DNA of 64,000 bases from Haliotis rufescens. Taxonomy: Eukaryota. The stretch's first letter is position 1. Every line of letters starts with the position of its first letter. The DNA is taken from NCBI RefSeq assembly GCF_023055435.1, contig NW_025964223.1:49476001-49540000 (forward strand). Reading direction: 5' to 3'. Shown here piece after piece: positions 24,274-33,865 of the stretch. The position numbers were made by a program, and so were the translations under genes. The notes below the pieces were generated by a model that ran no database searches, was not told the DNA's origin, and was given only the letters and a program-made list of their open reading frames with translations.

Positions 24274-24547
24274 AGTGCTTACTTACTTACTTACTTATAT
24301 TAGGGGATTTTACGTGCGCTTTCCGACTGGAGCGTATTTCGCACACGGGCCCTGCCGGGCCATTTAGTGATATAAAAGGGGTAGCGAGAAGAGTGCAACC
24401 AAGGAGGGGGGTTTAGTGGTTGCTTATATAGAGTTTTGAAATTTTGAGATTTGGAAGACATGCCTTGGGGGAGTGGTTGGGACTAAGGGAGTGTGTGGGG
24501 GTGAGTTGTTGTTTTTAGATGTTTAGTGTTGGTGGTTTAGTGAAGTT

Positions 24548-27500
24548 TTAAATACGGTTAATTAGGTCTGTTTTGGTTAGGTAAATGCCTAGGGCTTTGA
24601 AGTTTTCTATTTTATTTTGGGGGTTAAGGATTGCTTCTAATGTAAGAGCTTTATTTGGATTTAGGTTGGTTTGTAATGTTTTACGTTGGGCGAGGTAGTG
24701 GGTGCAATGTAGTAGTACGTGGTCTATTGTTTCTGGGTGAGTGCAGTGTGGGCACTTCCCGTTTGCGTGTTTTTTTAGTTTTAGAAGGTGGTTATTTAGT
24801 TTGGTGTGTCCTGTTTGGAGTTTGGTGATTATTCTATCGATTTTTTTGGAGGGATGGAGGATTTTTGGTTTGGTAAGGGTTTTTTTGAGGATTTTTAAGA
24901 TTTGGGTTTTTGTGTTTTGATAGAGGTTATGCCATTTTTGGGTGATTTTACGTTTGTTTATACTTTTGATCTCTGCTTTAGATATTGGTAGCTTAAGGCT
25001 TATGTCTGGTATTTTTAGGGATTGTTTTGCGGCTCTGTCTGCGTTTTCATTCCCGTATATTCCTACGTGAGCTGGTATCCAGATAAGTTGTATGTTTTTG
25101 CCTGCCTCTGTTAGTTTGTTTACGCTTTTGAGAATTTGGTTTATTAATTTGGGGCGGTTTTTGGTGTTTTTGTTTTGGAGGGCCTGAAGTCCACTTAGTG
25201 AGTCTGAGAGTATTAAGATTTTTTTTTGGTTTTTAGTGTGATGGCTGTGGAGCGCCGTGGCGATACCCATGAGTTCTGCGGTGAAGATGGATTGGTTGTT
25301 TGGGAGTCGGAAGGATTGAGTATTTTTAACTGGTTGGGCTATGTGGACTCCGAAACCTGTGTGATTTGTGATCGGATCAGCGGATCCGTCTGTGTATATG
25401 TGACACCAATTTGGCCATTTTTGATGGATGTAAGCTAGTGAGGTGGTTTTAGCTAGGTTTGGGTCAGTTTGTTTGTTTATTGTGTTGGCTAGGGATGTGT
25501 CTATTTTGGGGATTTTAAGTTTTGGGGTGAATACGTTTGATCGCTTGCAGTTTTGTTGTTGGTTTCCTATTTGGTGTTCGTTATGGTAGTTTATTATTCG
25601 TTGGGATATTGGAGTGAGTAGAGGGTGTTTCCTAGTTAGTGCCTGGTTTGGGGGACGTATGTTTTGGTTTAGCATGTTTTGGAGAAGGGGGTTTGAGTGA
25701 GATGCTGCCCAAAAGTTTAGTGTTAAGTGTTGTCTACGTAAATTTAGTGGCATTTCTCCTGTAAGGGCCTGCAGTGATGTGAGGGAGGTGCCATGTTGAG
25801 TACGTGTTACTAGTTTGAGGGCTTGATATTGTATTGAATCTAGTTTTTTGGTTAGGGTTTCGTTTAGGGTATCGTATATGGCACAGCCGTAGTCTAGTTT
25901 AGATCTGATTAGGGATGTGTAGAGGCTGAGGAGGGTATCTTTAGAGGCTCCCCAGTTGGAGCCGGTTAGGCATCTTAGTGTGTTTAGATCTTTGCTACAT
26001 CTGGTGGTTAGGTTTTGGACGTGAGCATCCCAGGAGAGATGCTCGTCGAAAATTAGACCTAGGAATTTAGTTTGCTTTTGAAATTTGATTGGTTTATTGT
26101 TTAGTTTGAGGAGAGGGGAGGCCCGTTTCATACTTTTGTGTTTGAATACTATTCCTGTCGTTTTTTCGGAGTTTAGGGAGAAGCCCCATTTGTCTGCCCA
26201 TTTTTGTATTTTGTTTAGGGATTTTTGTAGTAAGTCCTGAGATGTTAAGATACTTTTGGAGCGGATCCAGAGGGCTCCGTCATCCGCAAATTTTGAGGTG
26301 TTTATTTTGGGGGATAAGCCATCAAATAGGTCGTTTATCATTATGTTAAAAAGTGTGGGGCTAAGAATGCTGCCTTGTGGGGTGCCGTTTTCTAGGGGAC
26401 ACTGCTCCGACAAGGCCTGGTCTATACCCACTGTAATTTTGCGGTTTTGGAGGAAGCTTTGGATGTAGTTAACGATTTGACCTTTAAGTCCTATTTTTTT
26501 AAGTTTTTGGATTAATCCGTTATGCCATACCATATCAAAGGCTTTAGAGAAATCCAGAAAGATGCCTGTTGTGTATTGTTTGTTTAGTTGACCGGTTTTA
26601 ATATCCTGTTCGAGACGAGCGAGGTTATCTAGGGTGGAGCGGCCAGGAGTGAAACCGCTTTGATCTGAGTTTATTATGTTATTTTGAGATAGATAGTGTT
26701 GAAGTCTATTTTTGGCCATGGATTCCATTACTTTGCAAAGGTTTGAGGTAAGAGAAATTGGTCTATAAGAGTTAGCTTGGTTGGTTGGTTTACCGGGTTT
26801 GGGAATAGGTATGATTAGCGCCTCCTTCCAGGGGGTTGGTACATGGCCTTTTATGTAGATTAGATTATATAGTTTGAGTAGTGTCTGGAGTAGTTTAGGG
26901 GGGAGTTTTTTTAATATTTGGTAGGAGGTTAGGTCTAGTCCTGGGGCTGTTCCCTTTTTCCTATTTTGGAGTACATAATTGAGCTCTTCTATTGTGTACG
27001 GCTGATTTATTTCTAGGGCGTCGTTATTTGGGTCTTGGCTAGGTTTGGTTTCTGTTTTAAGTTTTAGTTGGAATTTGTCACTGAAATTGTTATTACTGCT
27101 TGTGGCCGAAAAGTGGTTTGCTAGGTTATCTGCTTTTTCGCTAGGAGTTGTTGAGTTATTTATGTTAGGTGTCTTTTTGTGACGTTTTAGGCCTCTAACG
27201 GCGTGGATTTTACGCCAGACCGTTCTGGCGTCTGTGCGGTTGTTTAATCCCTCACAGAATTTTTTCCAGTCTCTAGTTTTTGCTATTTTAACTAGTTTTT
27301 GTACCTGGTGGTTTAGTTGGTGAGCTACTGGTATGTGGTTATGGTCGCGTTTGGCTTTGTTGAAGGCTGTTTTACGTTTTTGTCTAGTTAGTTCTATTTC
27401 CTCGTTCCACCAGGGTACAGAGGGCCTACCCGATTTATTGGGTTTTTTAAAGGGGATTGCGCTTTTGGCTGCGTTTATTATGAAGTCCGTTAGGTTTTGG

Positions 27501-28309
27501 CAATATATTTCTGGGTCACTATTTTCTAGTTCTACTAGGTTAGCTTGGTTGCATATGTCTTGGAATTTATCCCAGTTAGCCTGGTTGTAGTTAAATTTGG
27601 GTTCTGAACTTTCGGATTGATTTGGGACGTTAGTGTTTCCTATGGTTATGTTTATGGGGAAGTGATCACTTCCTAGGGGGGCGTCGTGAACTTCCCATTG
27701 GGTACTTTGAGCTAAGTCTGCTGTACATATGGTTAGGTCGATAGCCGACATGTCTTTATTGTTTTTATCGTATCTGGTAGGTTGGTTGTTATTTAGTAGT
27801 ACTAGATTGTTTGTTTCTATCCATTCTGATATTAGTTTGCCGTGATTATCTAGTTTATCTCCCGTGCCCCAGGAAGGGTGGTGGGCGTTGAAGTCTCCTA
27901 GAAAGATGGTAGATTTGTTGCCTATCTTTTTGAGTATGTTTAGATCCTCCGGTTGGATTTTCTGTTGTTGCCAGTGGTAAATGTTTATGATGTTTATTTT
28001 TTGGTTTTTAAGGGTGATTTGGATACCATTGGCTTCTAGGTTTGGGGTGTTTATTTTGATTTCCTCGTAACTTATGTCTTCTCTAATTAGTATTAGTAGG
28101 CCACCTGATGCTCTTATTATTTTGGTTTTAGGTCGATCATGTCTGACTATGTTGTAGTTTGGTAGGTAGAATTTGGATTTATTGGAGAATTTAGTTTCCT
28201 GGATGCACGCTATATGTGGTCCTTGTTTTAGTTTAAATCTAGCTTTTAATTCGTGGCTGTGGGAGTTAAGCCCGTCCGCATTCCACTGAAAGATATTTAG
28301 GCCTGTCAT
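24548..28309 (-). CDS. LINE ORF2: APE endonuclease, RT, RNase H, CCHC; 1253 aa, uninterrupted
   Basis: FQWNADG, CIQETK, GDFNAH, SDHFP, PQGSILSP, FADD, YTDGS, WIPAHVGIYGNENAD, CPHC...H...HC. Confidence 0.97.
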   Translation of the reverse strand: MTGLNIFQWNADGLNSHSHELKARFKLKQGPHIACIQETKFSNKSKFYLPNYNIVRHDRPKTKIIRASGGLLILIREDISYEEIKINTPNLEANGIQITLKNQKINIINIYHWQQQKIQPEDLNILKKIGNKSTIFLGDFNAHHPSWGTGDKLDNHGKLISEWIETNNLVLLNNNQPTRYDKNNKDMSAIDLTICTADLAQSTQWEVHDAPLGSDHFPINITIGNTNVPNQSESSEPKFNYNQANWDKFQDICNQANLVELENSDPEIYCQNLTDFIINAAKSAIPFKKPNKSGRPSVPWWNEEIELTRQKRKTAFNKAKRDHNHIPVAHQLNHQVQKLVKIAKTRDWKKFCEGLNNRTDARTVWRKIHAVRGLKRHKKTPNINNSTTPSEKADNLANHFSATSSNNNFSDKFQLKLKTETKPSQDPNNDALEINQPYTIEELNYVLQNRKKGTAPGLDLTSYQILKKLPPKLLQTLLKLYNLIYIKGHVPTPWKEALIIPIPKPGKPTNQANSYRPISLTSNLCKVMESMAKNRLQHYLSQNNIINSDQSGFTPGRSTLDNLARLEQDIKTGQLNKQYTTGIFLDFSKAFDMVWHNGLIQKLKKIGLKGQIVNYIQSFLQNRKITVGIDQALSEQCPLENGTPQGSILSPTLFNIMINDLFDGLSPKINTSKFADDGALWIRSKSILTSQDLLQKSLNKIQKWADKWGFSLNSEKTTGIVFKHKSMKRASPLLKLNNKPIKFQKQTKFLGLIFDEHLSWDAHVQNLTTRCSKDLNTLRCLTGSNWGASKDTLLSLYTSLIRSKLDYGCAIYDTLNETLTKKLDSIQYQALKLVTRTQHGTSLTSLQALTGEMPLNLRRQHLTLNFWAASHSNPLLQNMLNQNIRPPNQALTRKHPLLTPISQRIINYHNEHQIGNQQQNCKRSNVFTPKLKIPKIDTSLANTINKQTDPNLAKTTSLAYIHQKWPNWCHIYTDGSADPITNHTGFGVHIAQPVKNTQSFRLPNNQSIFTAELMGIATALHSHHTKNQKKILILSDSLSGLQALQNKNTKNRPKLINQILKSVNKLTEAGKNIQLIWIPAHVGIYGNENADRAAKQSLKIPDISLKLPISKAEIKSINKRKITQKWHNLYQNTKTQILKILKKTLTKPKILHPSKKIDRIITKLQTGHTKLNNHLLKLKKHANGKCPHCTHPETIDHVLLHCTHYLAQRKTLQTNLNPNKALTLEAILNPQNKIENFKALGIYLTKTDLINRI

Positions 28310-28362
28310 TATTTGGGCTTTTAGTGTTTGGAGATTATGGATTTATTGTTTGTTTGGATTGT

Positions 28363-30027
28363 CTATAGTCCTGCGGTTGCTGTTGAGTAGTTTGTAAGAA
28401 ATTCCTTGTAACTTTGAGTGGTCAGTTTTAGGTTTAGGGCTACTTTGTGAAGATTTTTGGAGCTAGCCTCTGGGTTTATTTGTTTGAGCATGTAGGCCAG
28501 TAAGATTGTGATGTTGTTTAGTTTGGAAGTTATGGGGGTTTGGGGTTGAGATTGGATTTTGCGTTTGCGGTTTTTAAATTTTTTAGGTGCTGATCGGGTA
28601 ATTTCAATTTCGTTTGCATTATCTTCAGAATCGTATTCGTCTTCGTCTATATTGCTTTGGTTTATCTCCTCACTCTCCATGGGGGTTGTTTGTGTGTTTG
28701 GTAGTGCTTGCGTGTGCGTGCTGGGTATGTCCATGGGTTGAGTGCTGTTTGTGTCTTCGGGTAGTGCTTGCTCGTGTGTGGTTGTTGTTGCCCTGGTGGC
28801 TGCGGGTTGTATGGTGTTGGGTAGGGTTGAGGCGTGTGAGGTGCGGTTGGTTTTGCTTGCGGGTGTGGATGCAGCGAGTGGCTGTGGTGTGGCGAAAGTT
28901 TGGGGGTTGCGTGGGTGGTGGTTGAGTGTGGTTGTTGCTTGGGGGATTACCTTGGGGATGCCATCCCATGGGGATTGTAGGTGTCGGTCGTTGTTTGGTT
29001 GCGGTGTGGGTAAGAGTGGATTGTTTGTATGCTGTGTTTGTTTTCTTGTTTGGAGTTTGGCCGAGTCAATGTCGATGTGTTTGTTGGCCTGTTGGGTGAG
29101 GGTGTGTCTGTGGGGGCATTTGTTGGAGAGAGAGGAGTGATTAGTTGCTTTACAATGTATGCACCAGGGAGCGCAGGCTCCTGGGCATTGGGTTTGAGCA
29201 TAAGTCCTACATTTGGTTTTTTTAAATGTAAAGGCGTTAGCAGTATGATTGTATTGTAAACAGTTTGAGCATTGTTTTACTTGCTTAATGTAGGGTTTAA
29301 CCTCTAGTTTAGTAGAAGCGCCGAAAGAGATGAAGTTTGGGGCTTGAGGGTATTTTTCTGATTTCTGAAAGTTTATGATAACAATTGGTGTGTTTGTAGT
29401 TTTGCCGTTTCTGTTTGAAGTTATTCTCCTGGTGCTGGTTATTTTGGGTTGAAGAAGGGTATGGTTATTTAGGTTGGCTTCATCTGTGTAAAGTGCTAAG
29501 TCTTCATCTGATTCCCTAGGATTTACTCTGATTACGCCTCTAGTATAAAGTTGCCAATTTGGGGTTTGATGGGTTACTGTAAATTGGAAGATCTCCGTTA
29601 CTTTTTTAGCTAAGTTTAGTGATTCTAGGTCCGGAAAGATAATTTGGTATCCTTTGTGTGCCTCTCTGATTTTGTTGTATTGGATTTTTTGTTTTTTAAA
29701 CCAGAGTCCTACTTTGTTAATTGAGAGTTCCTTAGTTAGATTTATGACGGGGCCTGACGCACAGAAGTAGAGGGCGAAGGTGACCAGTGATGCTGCTTGT
29801 GATGTGAATGAGGTGTTGGAAGAGTCCAGCTTCCGTTTTTTAGGGTTTGTGGTGGCTGCGGTCGATTCGGAAGTTTTTGGAGGGTTGACTGTGGTTTTGT
29901 TTCCGAAATCGTGTGGTATGAGGGTCTCGGGCGTCCGATCGGAGGTGTTGTGCGCCTCCGATGGTGTAGGAGTGTCAGTCTGGTGTATGTCTGCCTGGGT
30001 GACTGTGACTGTGCGTGTGTCGGACAT
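28363..30027 (-). CDS. LINE ORF1, 554 aa (two zinc-knuckle Cys substituted)
   Basis: Homologous to 14919-16586; reads CSNCLQYNHTANAF and CRTY where the related copies have Cys. Confidence 0.92.
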   Translation of the reverse strand: MSDTRTVTVTQADIHQTDTPTPSEAHNTSDRTPETLIPHDFGNKTTVNPPKTSESTAATTNPKKRKLDSSNTSFTSQAASLVTFALYFCASGPVINLTKELSINKVGLWFKKQKIQYNKIREAHKGYQIIFPDLESLNLAKKVTEIFQFTVTHQTPNWQLYTRGVIRVNPRESDEDLALYTDEANLNNHTLLQPKITSTRRITSNRNGKTTNTPIVIINFQKSEKYPQAPNFISFGASTKLEVKPYIKQVKQCSNCLQYNHTANAFTFKKTKCRTYAQTQCPGACAPWCIHCKATNHSSLSNKCPHRHTLTQQANKHIDIDSAKLQTRKQTQHTNNPLLPTPQPNNDRHLQSPWDGIPKVIPQATTTLNHHPRNPQTFATPQPLAASTPASKTNRTSHASTLPNTIQPAATRATTTTHEQALPEDTNSTQPMDIPSTHTQALPNTQTTPMESEEINQSNIDEDEYDSEDNANEIEITRSAPKKFKNRKRKIQSQPQTPITSKLNNITILLAYMLKQINPEASSKNLHKVALNLKLTTQSYKEFLTNYSTATAGL

Positions 30028-31620
30028 GGTGAGCTTGTGTGAGAGAGTGTTTGTTGTGTATGGGTTTTTGTATGGGGGTATTTGTAGAGAGTGCCTGGGT
30101 GAGTTGTGTTTGACTGGTTTCTACTCTATATAGGGTTGGATTGGAGAGGTTGTTTGTTTAGGTTAAGAGATTTTTAAAGGTTTGTGGTTTTTAGTGGGCT
30201 TGGGTGTGAGATACTTTGGCCTAGTGTTGAAAGGGTGTGTTGTGATAGTAACGGATTGGCATGGGTGGTGGTTTGTTTTAAGCTAGAGGTTTAGGTGGTT
30301 TGGTGTTTTAAGTTGGCTTGGGTGTGAGTAATTTTAACCTAAATTGTATGGGTGTGTTGTGATAGTTACCGGGGTGTTGCTCTTGGGCTGGCTAGCAGTG
30401 GGAACTGTGCTGGCTTGGGAGGCTTTGCTGGGTGAGGTTGGCTTGGTGGCTGGATGGCTTGGGTTGCTTCGTAGGCTGAAGAGGTGTTGCTAGCTTGGAG
30501 TACAAACTGCGACTGCAGCCATAGTGGTAAGTTTGAGTGGTAAAAATTCACGTCAGCTACGAGAGAAGCACAGAGAGCGAATGACACTTCCCCACAGACA
30601 GCCCGGCTGATACTCCGGAGGCGCGGACGTCGGAGGAGACACCCTGCTTGTTGTGGCTGATAGCTGCACGCTTACAAGCGCGTGTGCTTTTTCGTGTATT
30701 TGTATCCGAATAATCACTTCTTAATCAAGGAAAGTTTCAATTTCAACAATACAGTTAGGTAGTAAAAACATTTGGCTACATTTCGGTAACAATAGCAACG
30801 CTCACGGGTGAAGTTCAAAGCCACACGTGCTGTTTCCAATGAAGCGACCCAGTCTAAAATGTAGACATCGCTACTTTCAAAAGCACATTTTTAGCCTTGA
30901 GACTCAAGTTTTTGCATTTTAAACGTTGCCTGTCAATTCTCAATATATCTAACTATGGAAGTAAAACACAACACTCATCAGTATTGCCTATGATAAGCTA
31001 GAACAAGCTTTCAAACAACGACAATGAAGCACGTTTTTCTGACGACTTCGCCATTTTGCAACAGAAAACATTTGACACTATATTTCTGGAGACATAATTT
31101 TGGTCACTTCAATTAGAGTTGAAACTAACTTTGTCATAACAAGTAAGTAACGGGGATTTTACTTTCAGGAAAACAGTCTAGTAAGACGAGGATCTCGGGA
31201 CACAAGCAGCTAGGGCGCGAAGCCCCGAACAGTAACATATATACATTGGTGTTTAGATCACTCGATCGGTCGTCACAGATTAAGTCTTTTTGCCTGTCTT
31301 AATAGCACGATATTAGTAGGGGTCTTCGTCGTTTGGATGTTAATTTTACCAGAACAATATAGGCTACCATCCATCAACGAAAAGTGAATGTTTCAGACGA
31401 AAGGCCGGATCGAGTGAGCGAGTGTGCCGGGCCTCGTGTTAAACAGTGATCACATGTTTTTAGAACGGCTAGATTTTAATCCCTGTAAATATACATCATA
31501 AATCAACAAACACAACATGTCTACCGAACCCGCTGAAAACGCGAGCATGCTGTTTTCATGGCAATGTCTGTTTACCAATGTGTGGTGGCTATATGTAGCT
31601 AAAGTTTGCCGACAAGCATT

Positions 31621-31739
31621 GTCTACGGCCATACCACGTTGAAAACACCGGTTCTCGTCCGATCACCGAAGTTAAGCAACGTCGGGCCCGGAGAGTACTT
31701 GGATGGGTGACCGCCTGGGAACACCGGGTGCAGTAGACA
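31621..31739 (+). rRNA. 5S rRNA
   Basis: Canonical copy followed by T5. Confidence 0.98.
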
Positions 31740-32701
31740 TTTTTGCTGTGCGATTCCCACTTTTTTTCTTTTTCGACCATAAGGTGCACTTGCCTCATTC
31801 ACATCTGATGTAATCATACACTTTTATTTCCTTGTAAATGGCCCCACTCATGCATGTCTGCTCAAAGACATAGCTGCCAGCCATGTATTCTTACATACCT
31901 TTACAGAAAGGAATTTTCCACTATACATGTGATCATATTCAGTTGTCAGTTCACCCAACTCGTCAACTATTCTGAAGGCATGTACGTCCTTTTCGCCACA
32001 TAAAGGTGTTTGCGTGCACCGATAATTGACTATTTTACTTACTTTCTTACTTTCAAAGCATGAATATATAATATATAAATGTAAAATTATAATGTTGTTC
32101 GTGTTAAGTCTCGGCTCACATCTCTTTGCCTACACAGATAAGAAAAGGAGAAAGAGTTAGATCGTACAGAGCGCCTGTCAATAGGAGTTCACTGGCTTGC
32201 TGCTGGAAAATGTATTTTGAAAGCTGTGAGCAAGCTGATCACTGTTGACACGCTTTAAAAATATGAAGAAAAACGACGCGACTGTGTGATAAACCAGCTA
32301 TTTTATGTTCCCCGTTCTAGCTGATCGCTGGCAAACGTACTTTAGACTTATTAGAAAGTATTTCCATACATTTCTCTCGCCATACAACAGGTAGATGTGA
32401 CATGTTGCAGGTAGGGGGCTAGGCGAAACGCACACGACCAAGGGCGCACAACTCTTGGCGCTCTATTTGAAAAGTCGTGCACAGGCGAGGCGTGTGTCGG
32501 TAAAACACCCCGTGGATGTCTGGCCTTTATCGCCGTTTTACACCTTTGAACACAACGTGCATGTGCAGCTACACACATAGGAAGTCTGCACTCAGGATAT
32601 TATATATATCAACGACACTAATCGCCTCACTTTCCAACATACACCCATTTGGGGGGTTAATAAACAAGCATAACAACAGTCATTAGTGTGAAGACACACT
32701 A

Positions 32702-32775
32702 CCCCACCCCCCCCACCCCCCCCACCCCCCCCCCCCCCCCACCCCCCCCCCCCCCCCCACCCCACACACACACAC
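32702..32775. repeat. Poly-C/(CA)n hypervariable tract (longest copy; a shorter one occurs in most units)
   Basis: C-runs followed by CA repeats ~230 bp past the H1 stop; length differs between units. Confidence 0.85.
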
Positions 32776-33007
32776 AATAAAATCCCTGACATACCTTTAT
32801 CATCATCACCTATGTGTGTTATGTGCGTGGTGGGTGTTGCTGCCACGTTATCTCTGTTATCACGAGAACCTGCACTTTATTACTGCTAATATACATATTT
32901 ATTGTTTTGTTATCAGTGTTTTCAAGTTTTCTTTTGGGGTATTTGGATGGCCCTGAAAAGGGCCTTTGGACCACAGAAATGTGGAGCGAAGGCGTGACAA
33001 TGAGAGC

Positions 33008-33571
33008 TTAAGCCTTCTTTGGCTTGACTGCCTTCTTCTTGGGGGTCTTGACCTTCTTGGGTTTGGCTGCTGCCTTCTTGGGTGTCTTCGCCTTCTTGGG
33101 CTTGGCTGCAGCCTTCACCTTCTTTGGTGACTTAGCGGCCTTCTTAGCGGCTGTTTTGGGTTTCTTGGCAGCAGCTGGCTTCTTGACTTTCTTGGGGGAT
33201 TTGGCAGCCTTCTTTGGTTTGGCAGCTGCCTTAGCCTTCTTGGGTTTTTCGTCTTTCTTTGCCTCGCCAAGACGGAATGATCCAGCGGCTCCAGTTCCCT
33301 TTGATTGCTTCAGTGCGCCGTTCTTGACTCCATTTTTCAAAGCAGTCTTGATGCGAGCATTGATGGCCACCTGGTTGTCACCAACCTTGTAGTTGGCCAA
33401 GATGTATTTCAGAACAGCCTGTCGGGAAGAACCACCCCTCTCCTTCAGGGTTGAAATAGCTTTCTTGATCATCTCCAAATAGGTAGGATGTGCGGCAGCC
33501 TTCTTAGGCTTGGCAGCAGCCTTCTTCTTGGGAGTCTTGACAACAGCGGGGGCAGCAGCAGCATCAGCCAT
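33008..33571 (-). CDS. H1: Histone H1 (LINE inserted in its 5' UTR)
   Basis: Intact 187-aa ORF. Confidence 0.95.
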   Translation of the reverse strand: MADAAAAPAVVKTPKKKAAAKPKKAAAHPTYLEMIKKAISTLKERGGSSRQAVLKYILANYKVGDNQVAINARIKTALKNGVKNGALKQSKGTGAAGSFRLGEAKKDEKPKKAKAAAKPKKAAKSPKKVKKPAAAKKPKTAAKKAAKSPKKVKAAAKPKKAKTPKKAAAKPKKVKTPKKKAVKPKKA

Positions 33572-33865
33572 AGTGGTAAGTTTGAGTGGTAAAAATTCAC
33601 TTACTTACTTACTTATATTAGGGGATTTTACGTGCGCTTTCCGACTGGAGCGTAATTCGCACACGGGCCCGGCCGGGCCATTTAGTGATATAAAAGGGGT
33701 AGCGAGAAGAGTGCAACCAAGGATGGGGGTTTAGTGGTTGCTTATATAAAGTTTTGAAATTTTGAGATTTGGAAGACATGCCTTGGGGGAGTGGTTGGGA
33801 CTAAGGGAGTGTGTGGGGGTGAGTTGTTGTTTTTAGATGTTTAGTGTTGGTGGTTTAGTGAAGTT

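Larger units (their letters stand above)
24278..30515 (-). mobile_element. Full-length I-group-like non-LTR retrotransposon (subtype C) with both ORFs open, inserted at the H1 start codon
   Basis: 11-bp TSD CAGCCATAGTG (24267-24277 and 30516-30526) containing the H1 ATG. 5' end CAGTCGCAGTTTGTACTCC; (TAAG)n tail. Confidence 0.97.
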
